Shown here: in pieces, positions 35,380 through 47,229 of the stretch
Layout: each line of letters opens with the position of its first letter
Position numbering within the stretch: the stretch's first letter is position 1
DNA from: Pseudogymnoascus verrucosus
Lineage: Eukaryota
NCBI GenBank assembly: GCA_001662655.1
Contig: KV460207.1
Reading direction: 5' to 3' (one strand)
Length of the DNA: 64,000 nt
Program-made: the position numbers and the translations under genes
Notes under the pieces: model-generated
The model's database searches: none
What the model saw: only the letters and a program-made list of their open reading frames with translations
Told to the model about the DNA's origin: nothing

Positions 35380-37170
35380 TCAGTGGTGCGGCGGCATGTG
35401 CATCTGATACAGATCATGTGGCGGCGGTGGCGACACAGTTGATGAAGCACCATTATATGCGAACGCTGCAGACACAGCAACTGGATCATGCATGGGGGAG
35501 ACCGAGCGTGCGATGGTTGACGGGGTAGTCATCCCCTGATGTACATACTGTCCCGAGGCAGCATATTGTCCAGGAGGCGCGTACGACACAGGTTGTACTG
35601 GGGCGGCGTATTGTCCAGGTGGCGCGTATTGTCCTGTTGAAGAGGGTTGATCTGGGACAACATATTGTCCCTGAGCCGGACATGATGCTGGAACTTGCAG
35701 TGGCTGAGGCGCAGGCTGCCCTGAAGCTGCATACTGTTCTGGAACTGCGGGCTGTACTGGTTGCAGATAGTGACCCACTGGAGCTTGAGCACCATATGGC
35801 GCTGGAGGTTGTCCATATGGCCCAAGAGGAACATAGTGGTGGCCTTGCAGGCCTATCTTTTGCTCTTGGGACATGCCACCCTCCGAGTGGCGCTGTCTTA
35901 GGCCACCAATGAGAGCTACGACGAGGAAGATCGAGATGGTGGTCAAAGTGTACATATACGAATCGGCATGGCCAACAGCCGCGGTGGCCGTGGCGGTCAT
36001 GGAGCGAGACTGGAAGTTGATGATTGATTGGTTGACCAGGGCGAAGAGGAAACGCAGGAATAATGCGGGAATAACAATGAATATCATAAGGAAGGTCCCC
36101 TAGGGATCTGTTAGTTACAGATTCTTCTGCAAGAATGGTGGGAAGAGTATACCTTAGACGGCCGCTTGAATACGGCCACACAAGATAAGATGGCAAGGTA
36201 CATCGAGATGCCAAAAATGTATGCCGAAAAGAAAACAGCCGTATATTTCGAACCGTCATTCGTGATTTGGGAAGCGTTCCCGGCGATGAATTGACCATAA
36301 AGTGCGGCATAGAAGCTGAAGGCTACCAAGGCGAGCACCCAAAGAAGTCCTATTAAGACATTGGAGAAGAAAGCAAGCTTTCCACTCCCATGACTCATAT
36401 CTTCAAGAATAGTGCGCGCGATGATGGCGACTATCATGATATCGCCGATCAGAGAAAAAAGTCGTTCAAAGATGAAGGCAATTACGAAATTCTTATCTGT
36501 ATGGTAGCCCGACTCTACCATTGCGGTTCTGATAGCCACGATGAGTAGATGTCTAAACTCAACAGTCAGTTTAGGTTCAAGATTCAATGGATATCTCACA
36601 AAAGACAGGAAACTTACAAGAACATGCAGAAAGCAGCAAAAAGATATCCAGAGTTTCGCAGCTTGTCTGTTCCCTTCTCTCGGATCCATTTGAACCGCCT
36701 TGTGAGAATCATACACAACACGAGGACAAGGAGGACTATGATGTTCATCGCAAAAAGGGCATTGACTGTTGCGTCCTAGGTCGCTTGTTAGTTGATATCG
36801 AGGAGTTGGGCTTTGAGTTCTGTTTACTCACCTTCCACCTGGAACTAGTCGCCAACCCGACAGTATTGTAGTTTGAATTCTTTGGTCCACCACTACCATA
36901 ATCATAGTTGTAATCGTCACTGCCACCACTCCCACTGCCAGTACCATAGTCATAGTCGCCATAACCGCTGCCACTGCCGCTGCCAGTGCCAGTACCATAA
37001 TCGTAGTCGTTATCACCACTTCCACTTCCACTCCCGCTACCACTTCCAGTACTGTAATCATAGTCGGTATCACCGCTGCCACTGCCAGTGCCAGTGCCAT
37101 AGTCATAGTCTTCATCACCACCACTACTACCTCCACCATAGCTTCCTCCGCTGCCTTTCTTTGGCGCCAT
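35380..37170 (-). CDS. Uncharacterised ~7-TM membrane protein with Gly/Ser/Asp/Tyr-repeat N-terminus and Pro/Gln/Tyr-rich C-tail, multi-exon
   Basis: GT-AG introns near 36779-36834, 36555-36620 and 36100-36150 join the ORF pieces. Seven hydrophobic segments were counted by eye. Confidence 0.7.
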
Positions 37171-37742
37171 TGCAAAGAGGTATATAGGGGATGTCTCGTG
37201 ACAATTCGGATGCTTTTCTCTGGAAAGACTTCACAATTTCGCACCTGGCGCCAAATGGATCTGACAGACAGCGGGCCATTTTCAGACAGGAGGACACCCA
37301 AGAACTTTTAAAGCTGAAAGAGTCCAAGGGGCCAGAACCGTAGGGCTGGTTAGGGTAGATCATCGGCTAGTGAATACCCCGAGCTTATTGCTAGTAAATG
37401 GGTCTACTAGGATTTGACAGCATCCCTAATTGGTGCCAAGCGAGGCGAAGCTCCATGTGCTGCACTGTGATTGAGCACGAACAAATTCAGCCTTGCCGAT
37501 CAAATGCCACACCAACAACTCCTAATTTCGACTCATTTCACATAACCTGTGAAATACTGGATATTACGAGCGGCGCAGCAACTTGTGGAGGCTGTCAGTG
37601 CTACAGTGGATAATTGGAATTGTCTATAACTATTGAGCTTACGGAGCTGGGACATTCGCATCGCCGATTACATCAGGATAAAGATGGAACTATTCGCGTT
37701 ATAGGGCATTCTTGCGACCTACATAGACATCAAGAGATATAA

Positions 37743-38364
37743 CTATGCACTCCACTCAGAACTCTCATACCCGTCAACCAACGCCACATACTCCTCGCCC
37801 GCAGCAACCCATCCCTTGATCCCGCCTGTAAGCGTAGAGCTCTCCATTTCACTCTCCTTACCCTGCTCCTTAATATAATCCTGGAACCACCCCGCTGCAC
37901 GTCCTCCACGGCCGACCGACGAACCTGTCAATTATTAGCTTCCAAGCCCCCATCACCAATACCACTGAGAGTAACTCACCACAATACCAAACGATCGTCT
38001 TGACCCCCGCCGCGGAGAATAGGTTGAACAGTTGCGGAATGTTGGGGTAGAGGGATTGCGCTGGGAGGTTGATGGATCCACGTATCGTTCCGCCCTGGTG
38101 TTGTCAGTTCTATCCAGGATTATCACCCTCATAGAATGATGCAGCCACTCTCATCTTCATGGCAGGAATCCATCGCAAACATACCTTATAATCGTTCCTC
38201 CGCAGGTCAACAAGCACAAAGTCCTTCCCAGGCACCTTGCCCTCGGTCAACCAAGAACGCATCTGCTCCCGCGACACAGGCGTCGCTACCGACTTGGGAG
38301 ATGGGAACGCGGCGTGCCAAGGCTGTTCCTCTGTTGGAGGGGCGGGGGCGCTGGTGTTTGCCAT
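37743..38364 (-). CDS. ACR2: Cdc25/rhodanese-fold arsenate reductase (Acr2/Ych1-like), 3 exons
   Basis: LVDLRRNDYK|GGTIRGSINLPAQS, active site WYC|GSSVGRG (CX5R), LTGGIKGW. Divergent from ACR3. Confidence 0.85.
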
Positions 38365-38531
38365 GGTTGTTGCTCTCAAGGAGGTAGAAGAGAGTCGTGA
38401 AGAAAGATATGGGCGAAGACAGGTATGGAAGCTGCTGGATGAGAAGTGTGAGATTCGACCTACCGAATGCATTCTCCAGCTTCTCACCTGCTTTATAAGC
38501 AACTGGATGCTGTCGTCGATATAAAGTGGCG

Positions 38532-38541
38532 ATCACGTGAT
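38532..38541. promoter_or_regulatory. Palindromic E-box ATCACGTGAT in ACR2-ACR3 bidirectional promoter
   Basis: Perfect 10-bp palindrome with a CACGTG core, the bHLH consensus. Confidence 0.4.
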
Positions 38542-38791
38542 TTTGGATTGACGTGTCGCCCCACTGTTCTGGTAGACAAATGTCACTCTGTTGTGGTGAT
38601 TGGCTTACAGCCGTGGATTTGACTTACAGCGGGTCTGAGACCCTTCTGGGCGATGACATTTTGATAAGATATGAGAATAACTGTTTATGAATTTCTCATA
38701 TAAATATTACAATATGGCATGTTTGTATTTTATTTAGCAGTATTTTGCATATTCCTTTGGTTAAATTCTTATAAAACCCTTGATCGAAGTT

Positions 38792-40128
38792 ATGTCACTC
38801 AACGATACTGAGCCTGCCAGCCAGGAGACCACAAAACGCCACTCGAAAGTCGATGAATTGCCCAGCGATAATGAGAAAACTCCTCCCATAACCACCGACA
38901 AAGATGCAGAAGAGCAACCCACAGCAGACTTCGAAAACAGCCGCCATGCCCCGAAAGAATCAGCCTTCAAGAGCCTCGGCCTCCTCGACCGCTTCCTAGC
39001 AGTCTGGATCTTCCTCGCCATGGCCATCGGTATCATACTCGGCAACTTCGTCGACAACGTCGGTCCAGCATTGCAAAAAGGGACATTCGTCGGGGTATCT
39101 ATACCGATCGGTGCGTATCAATGAACCACATCTGTACTTCTCACTAAGCTAACTCCCAAAAGCCGTCGGCCTGCTTGTAATGATGTACCCCATCCTCTGC
39201 AAAGTCCAATTCGAAACCCTCCACCACGTCTTCCGCGAACGCGAAGTCTGGATCCAAATCCTCTTCAGCATTGTCCTAAACTGGATTGTCGCTCCTCTCG
39301 TCATGGTATGCACGCTACCTTCCTTCTCCTTCCCATTCCTCACAATCCCCTATCGTCACCCACAGCCATTAACCTCATTCACTACAGCTCGCCCTCTCCT
39401 GGGCCTTCCTCCCCGACAAGCCCTCCCTTCGCGAAGGTCTCATCCTCGTCGGCATTGCCCGCTGCATAGCCATGGTCCTAATCTGGACCTCCCTCGTCGG
39501 CGGCTCAACCTCCTACTGCGCCATCCTCGTCGCCATCAACTCTCTCCTGCAGATGGTCCTCTTCGCCCCGCTCGCCATCCTCTACATAACCATCATCAGC
39601 CGCGGCACCGCCTCGCCCATCTCCTACGCCACAGCCGCCCAATCCGTCGCCGTGTTCCTCGGCATCCCCCTCGGTACTGCGATCCTCACGCGCCTCGTAC
39701 TACGACGCGTCTGTGGCGCAAAATGGTACGAGGACGTTTTCGTGCGCTTCATAAGCCCCCTCTCCCTCCTCGGCCTTCTCTTCACGATCCTCGTCCTCTT
39801 CGCCTCCCAAGGACGCAACGTAATCCACCAAATCGTCTCCGTCGTCCGCGTCGCCGCGCCCCTAATCGTTTATTTCGCCCTGATCTTCTTTCTCACGCTG
39901 CTGGCGTGCTACAAATTGGGGTTCGGGTACAAGCTCGCGACGACCCAGGCGTTTACGGCGGCGAGTAATAATTTTGAGTTGGCTATTGCGGTGGCAGTGG
40001 CGGCGTTTGGGCCGGATAGCGAGCAGGCGCTTGCGGCGACGGTGGGGCCGTTGGTGGAAGTGCCGGTGCTTTTGGGGTTGGTGTATGTGGTTAAATGGGT
40101 GGGGAGGAGGAGTGGGTGGAAGGATTAA
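38792..40128 (+). CDS. ACR3: Acr3 arsenite efflux permease, 3 exons
   Basis: LGLLDRFLAVWIFLAM, GLLVMMYPILCKV, NWIVAPLVM, GLILVGIARCIAMVLIW, ASNNFELAIAVA, GPLVEVPVL. Confidence 0.95.
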
Positions 40129-40501
40129 GTGCTGTGTGAGGAATATAGTTAGATAGATGGTGCTGGTAGAGTGTTTGAAGTAAGATATATTAGTTCTCAA
40201 AGTATATTATATAGAATAGAATTTAATCGGATATTTTAGACAGCTTTTATATGATGCATGAAGTAATATAAAAAAATTGATTTGAGTTGATTATGTCCAG
40301 CAAAGTGGTATATATACAGCGCACATCTAAATAACCACGCCTATCTTACCCGCCCCAATTTTATTATAAAATATACCAGCCATCCATCCATGTCTATCCC
40401 GAAACCATGCGATACCAATATATATAACCAAAAAAAATCCATCGCCAATCGACGGAGGTATATGCCCAGCAGCACCAAAAACTATATGGGTATCTCAGCG
40501 T

Positions 40502-42007
40502 TCAAATAATCTTCATCTTGAACCCCGTCTGAATCCAGCGACTCGCAACAAACAGCGTCGTCCCAATCACCATAGCGACACCGCAAAACACCTGCACGCC
40601 CGTGTACTCTCCCTCCATGCGCGTCAACAGAGCTCCCGCGATCGGGTTCCCCGTCAACCCCGCCAAGGAGATGATGAAGTACAGCGTGCCCATGCGGACG
40701 CCGATCTCGCGGACATCCGAAATCTGCGCGACGCACGAGGGGGAGATGGAGACGAATGCGCCAGAGGAGAAGCCGTAGAAGGCGCCGAAGAGGATGATGG
40801 GGATGGCGCCCCGGGAGGGCAGCCAGAGCGCTAGGACGAGGATCGAGGAGAGGGCGGAGGTGGCGATTAGGGCGTTGAAGCGGCCGTAGCGGTCGGCGAA
40901 GATGCCGGGGATGATGCGGCCGAAGATGCTGGGTGGGGTTAGTAGGTATTAAATGGAGAGGGATGGGGAAGCTTACCTGACTGCGTTGACGATGGGGATG
41001 AGGTACACAGCGAGGCTGGGAGACATCCCGTAGTGGATTCCCTGGAGAATGATGAAGTTGAAGGGAATGAAAGTGCCGAAGAAGAAGAAGAAACAGCCGA
41101 GACAGAGCAGCAAGTAAGCTGGTTCGCTCAGGGGTCTAACGAAGTCCATAATCGACCTCTCCCTCTTGATCGGCTTGATGTGCGACCTGATGGTGAGGTT
41201 GGCAACGATGAGCATGCCGAGGAAAACGAAAGCAGTGATGCGCATGGTCCAGGCAAAGCCCACCTTCGGAATCAGCTGCGTGACCATAATTGGGAGAACG
41301 ACGCCGCCGAGCGAGGAGCCAGACGCCGCGATTCCGAATGCTGCAGCACGGTTGCGCAGAAACCAAGTTGGGAGAACGTTCATGGCAGGGTAGAAGATAG
41401 CGGAGGCTCCGATGGCGCTGCACACACCCTGCGAGAGGAAGAACTGGTAGTACTCTGACGACAGCGAGACCATCATCAGGCCAAAGACGTGGCAGACGGA
41501 GCCGAAGAAGAGGAGGTAACGAGGTCCGTAGCAGTCAAAAATATATCCGAAGAGGGGGCCCCCGGCGAACATTAGGAATACCTCCATCGAAGGGATCCAT
41601 GCGATGGTACTCGGTGTGTATTCCTTCAGCTGATGCCCCTGGTAGTAGTCCTGGAAGATACCAATACAGTTTATCCACCCGAAACTGCAGAACATGGCGC
41701 ACCATGCGCCGAGGACGACGAGCCATGCGGCGCGGCCGCCATCGGGGAAGTTTGCCGGATTGGGTCCCCCGGGTGGTAGAGGGTTGTGTGATAGGGCGCG
41801 CGCATTCTTCTCGAGGTCTGCGTTCGAGTGAATTGTCGCAGCGTCTGTGTCGATGGGCCCGCTCTTAGACTGAACCCGTGCGACGGCATCGGTGCCAGTG
41901 ACAGATCCATTATATACTGGCCCAAGATCTCCAGCCTCGATGGCCTTGTCGTTTTCCTTCATGGACGACGACGAAGTCGAAGGTGCTGTGTCGGTATGTG
42001 CTGCCAT
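40502..42007 (-). CDS. MFS monocarboxylate-transporter (MCT/Mch) family protein, one intron ~40930-40976
   Basis: FPDGGRAAWLVVLGAW, FGWINCIGIFQDYY, WF.RNRAAAFGIAASGSSLGGV, ADRYGRFN, IGVRMG. Confidence 0.9.
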
Positions 42008-43387
42008 TGTTGCTTGAGGCACAAGATCGTCAGTTATGCCGTCGGGGTAGAGCAAGCGACGAGGCTCTGATGTTGAAGCAAGGCAAAGAAGTTGAGGCTG
42101 AGGTGGTGAGGCTCAGATGATGCCGTTGCGATGAGTATATATACTCCGCATGTGCTATGTGCTTATGTGCGTTTAACACGGAAACTCCGAGCTTGACCGA
42201 TCGTCCGTGGAAACTCCGCCGGTCTGAGTCACGGTCAGCGGTATATTTTAGGCTTTAAGAGTGGATTTGTCAGTAGTTCACCTCTTGCAGTTCATCTACG
42301 TATTCTAGGTCCAACTCTAGAATCGGTAGGAGGGAGGGGGGCTGCAGGGCATGAAGATTTTATGGCGGCGGCCATGGACATGGTGAGATTTTGAACCCCC
42401 TCATCAACACAAAGGTCCTAGCTCTTTACCCCAAATTGGCCCAGCTCCCTGCCATTGTACCCTGGGAACCCTGGGAATAGAGCGGCCATAGCACCGCGGC
42501 GGCACACCTTGTTGGGTTGGCGTAAAAGCACTGGCTGTACTCTGAGAAAAGACCGAGTCGGACGGCCTTACGAGTGGACGAGCTCGGTCTCAGTAAGGAG
42601 TTAAGGTATGTGAGCGCCGGGTAGGGAGTAGCGCAGCATGGATCTGCAGTGGGGAGTGTTTGAAGCTGGCGGCGGCGAATGAGCGTGGTGTACGACGGTG
42701 TCTAAGGGACGCCAACGTGGAGTTCGTGGGGGATGACCCCTGGGAAGCGAGCACATTCGGCTTTCGCTCTGGGTTCGCTGCAATCCTTCGCTCTTACGGC
42801 TTACTGCCGAACACCGAGTCCGACCAAAGGGGCCTGTCAGAAGGCTTGACTCCTCCTGCAGCTTATAAATCTACGATATGAATCCGTATATGGAGAAATA
42901 GGAAAGTCATTGAAAGGAGTTAATAACACGACTATTATGTAAAGCATCATCATCTGTGTAGAGTGTAGTCGTTTCGTGTACGTATAGTATCTTTCTCTGC
43001 ATATAGTATTTTTTTTTGCGTGCGGTATATTTTTCTGCGTATACTATCTTTATTATTGTATTATTGTTTAGCATTTTTATAGATAGAGTAACCACGGACA
43101 AAATTACTCCATATTACGCGCACGCCTTCACCACGTTCACCACGTTCACCACGTATTACGACATCATGCAGCGACAGGCATCGGGTCGGATTTAGACGGT
43201 TTCCCATGTAAATACGGCAGAGGTGCCGCGACCTTGCATGAGCAAAGATTACCAACGTACTATAGACTCATACTAGACTCATACCACAGTACTAGTTCTA
43301 CTACTGTGTCACTGATCGTACAATATATCCCCCTTTTTAACCCCCGCGCAATAACCAGTAATACACTTCCCTACTACCCACATTCCT

Positions 43388-44635
43388 CTATCTCTTGACA
43401 TCGTCGGCGCTGCTCGCTGCCTCTCCAAACTTAACCTTTCCGTCCTTGCCGACGCTGGCAACGTGGAATCCCGTAGGTGCATCCACCTTTGGCAGCGGCG
43501 CCACCTCCGCCTCAACCAGCGGCTCCCTCGCCAACGTCACCGCATCTTGCACCGACCCTGCCGGACTATCCGCCACCTCATTGACATCCCTCGTCGTCAT
43601 CACATCGCTAATCCGCGACGCCCTCGACGACAATAATAGCGTCGTCGGGCCGTGGAACTGCAAAAACAGTCGGTCGCCCCAGATAGTCCTGCGCGCCGAC
43701 GTCCTCAGAGTGTACGCGAGGTTCGCCACAGTGCGCCACGTCTTCGTCTCGGACATAACGCGGAAGAACTTGACGTTCTGTAGAAGGCGGGTAAATCCGA
43801 GGTCGGGGACCTGAAAGCGGAAGTTGGACGACTTGAAGCGGTAGGGTAGCGGCGGGTGCTCGCTCATGGTGTATGCCACCACGTTGCCGGGATGCGCGAC
43901 GTATTCCTCCCCTGCTTTGAGCGTGACCTGGTAGATCTGGCCCGAGCCGGAGAAGGCAACGAGGCCGCGGCCGCGGATCTGTGAGTTGCCCCAATGCGCG
44001 ATGTTCATTGACGTGTTTGCGCGGGGTGTGACGGAGAGGGTGTGGCCGGTCCATGCAAGAAGCGCGTTCCGCTGTGTAACCATCCAGTCGACGGTGCCAT
44101 TGAGGTGCACGACAACTAGTGATGTGATTGGGGATTTCGTAGAGATGAGAGCTGTGATCGGGCTCGTTGACGTGATGCGCTGGTAAAGAAATGGGATGCC
44201 TAGTGCGGCTCGTCGGAACGGCTCCAGCAGGGAGAGGGTCGATTGTGCCTTTGATTGTTAGCTTCGTTATGTAACTGCTGCATGTTTACACGTACATTTT
44301 CAACCTTCCCACTGACGCCAACTAAGGTGCCCCGCCTTGTGTATAGGCGTTGCGATGCTGATAATGAAACCGAGAGAAGGGAATATGGCGCGCCGATGAC
44401 CTCAAAGCGCGCATCTGTCTAACATTAGTAATAATACGACGTGAATATTGGAGCACATCCTACCTGCTGTGCTTGACGACTCGCTCGGGCTGCTGAACGG
44501 GTCTTCTCCAGTAATTGGCGTGTCTGACGTCGGAGCCGCAGTGATCTGAATCGCTCGGCGTTGGATATGAGGCGCAAGGCGGCGGGCTGGTCGGCAGTGC
44601 CTCGCAGCTCCTGCTAGTGATGTATGCCCGCGCAT
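43388..44635 (-). CDS. AIM24: Mitochondrial Aim24-family protein, multi-exon
   Basis: Arg-rich presequence, [67 protein letters not shown]. Confidence 0.8.
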
Positions 44636-44973
44636 ACTGATATGCTCCTGTCAAATGCTGCGTCGCAATTCGGCTGGATGCTCGTGCTCTCCAACTTTCG
44701 CCAACTTTTGGGAATGGTCGGGTCGGATCGCCAGATAGGCGGTGGGGGGCGGCAATAAATGGGAGCTCCGTCACCCCGTCAACCAGCTACTGGTGTTTGC
44801 CCTTCCCCTTCGCGCTTCCACCGCTACTTGCTTCAATTGCGTTAACGACAACTCGCCCAATTCTTCGACACTCGGCAACCAGCAGCACGGGGAGGGAGGT
44901 TCTTTTGCTTCTTTAATTTAAACGACACCTTTTTACTGTCCTTACTGCATTGCGAAAGCTGCCTATATTGATA

Positions 44974-47229
44974 ATGTCTGTGCGTGTTGTTGCCAGGATA
45001 CGGCCCACTCTGGGCAAGGAGCTCGAGAAGGATACGATTGTGCGAGCGGAAGCCAGCGAAGATGGGAAGCCGATGAACATTGTCCGCATACCGAACCCAA
45101 GGAACGAGGCGGAGGAGTTCAGCTTCGCGTTCAATGGCGTCTACGACCAGAGCACGAGCCAGGAGGAGCTCTTCACGAACGAAGGTAGGTCATTGATGTA
45201 TGAATTTGCTCTATGACCGGTTTTTTAACCGCAGACAGTTTCTCCACATCTCAAAGCCCTATTCCAGGGACTCGATGTCACGATATTCGCATACGGAGTT
45301 ACGGGGACGGGGAAGACGCACACAATGCGTGGTGGCTTGAAGCTCTCGGAGCGTGGTGTCATCCCCAGGCTGCTCAGCGGAATATATAGACGTGGGCGAA
45401 AGGTGGTCAAGGATTCCGGGGGTGAGACCTCGGTCTCCGTGTCGCTGTCTTACTACGAAATCTATAATGACAAGGTCTTCGACCTGCTTGAGTCGCCAGA
45501 TAAGCGCTTGCCGGCTGGACTGCCATTGCGCGAAAAGGATGGGAAGACAATCGTGGTTGGCCTGTCAGAGCGTGAATGCAATGACTTGAAGGACTTCGAG
45601 GGTCTATACATCGAGGCGAACAACAATCGCAGTACAGCTGGCACGAAGCTAAACGCGCAGAGTTCGCGTAGCCATGCAATCTTGATGGTGAAGGTTATTC
45701 AGACAACGGGTGACGAATCGAGGATAAGCACTGCTTCAGCCATTGACTTGGCTGGATCAGAGGATAACCGCCGCACTGAAAACGGGAAGGAGAGGATGGT
45801 GGAGTCTGCTAGCATCAACAAGAGCTTGTTCGTCCTGAGCCAGTGCATTGATGCTATCAGCAGAGGGGACAAGAGAGTCCCATACAGAGAGTCGAAGATG
45901 ACTAGGATCTTGTCGTTAGGTCAGAACAGTGGCATAACTATCATGGTCCTGAATCTGGCTCCGCTTCGAAGCTATCATCTCGATACGCTGAGCAGCTTGA
46001 ACGTTAGTTCCAGGGCCAAGAGGATCGAGGTCCGCGAGATTGAGAATGAAGTGGTTTTCAAACAACATCCGAAATCGATGTCCAGTCTCTCAGGATCGAC
46101 GATCAACCGACAGCCGTTGCGCCCTCTGGCAAACGCACACAATACGAACATAGCGCCAGCTGCTGCTACCACGAAGGCAGGAGACAAACCGATGAAGGCT
46201 TTCTCAGTCTACTCGGATCGTACCAAGCCTACAAAGCCAGCTACGACTGTCACACGGACGAACTCTAAGCGCTTGTCAGACGGCGCCCGTCCTTCAAGAA
46301 CCGCGCGTCCAGCTTTATCCAGTCGAGCACCTGCTCCTGAGCTGTCAACCGCCAAAATTGAAGAGATGGTCGAGCGCAAGGTTTCCGAAATCCTAGCTTC
46401 GCGCGCTGCGCAGACGGCGCCTGCACCCATCCCCGCTGCGGTGAGTGATGAGGTACAGCGCCGCCTGGACGCGCTGGAGCGCAAGATTGAGGAGAGTAAT
46501 GGGGCAGCAGAGGATGCACGGAATGAGGGGCTAAGGTTCCTGTTAATGGCAAAGCAACATAAAGAGCATGGCCAAGATAGCAGCGCGTTGAAGATGTATG
46601 AGATGGCGTTGCCGTATTTTCCAGGCCAGGTGAAGCTGGAGAGGAAGATTGAGGCACTACGCGCAAGAATCAGGGCGAAGAAGGAAGAGGAGCAGCATCA
46701 TCTGATGGCACAGAAGCACCAGAGTCTACCTACGAGCGGACATTTGGCTACAAGACCTATCCAGCAGCTTCCAACCCCAGCGCCATCTTTCGAGGCTGTC
46801 TCCGAGGCGCCAGCGTCGAAGAAGCGCAAGATGAAGGTGCGCCCTGATAACGACGATGATGACTTCAGCGGCTCTATCGTTGCCGATGAAGACTCGTACG
46901 ACGACGATGATAACCTCAGCCACAAGCCTCTTAAGGTCCGCAAATCCAAAGCTCCAAAGCCTTTTGTCTTCACCTTCGGTGACGAAGCAGCGGCCCTCAC
47001 GCCACGCAAGCGCTTCATCCTCGACGCGGTGAACTCGCGTGACATTGGGCAGATTAAGGGGCTCAATGGGATCGGGGCGAAGAAGGCAAGGGATCTACTG
47101 GAGTTCCTGGACTTGCAGGCTGAGGAAGAGGGGGGTAGAATTGAGAGTCTGGGGCAGCTGGTTGGGGTGCCCGGAATGGGTGGGAAGACGGTGGAGAGGA
47201 TGTATGAGGGCGTTGCTGTTGGTGTTTGA
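44974..47229 (+). CDS. Kinesin-10 (KIF22/Kid-like) motor with C-terminal helix-hairpin-helix (intron ~45185-45238)
   Basis: MSVRVVARIRP, P-loop AYGVTGTGKT, SYYEIYND, NAQSSRSH, DLAGSED, VPYRESK. C-terminal LNGIGAKKA and VPGMGGKT HhH motifs. Confidence 0.9.

Noticed and set aside
36873..37187. His/Cys-rich ORF resembling a metal-binding peptide next to arsenic genes
   Set aside because: Antisense reading of the GSG/DYDY repeat exon of the 7-TM gene.
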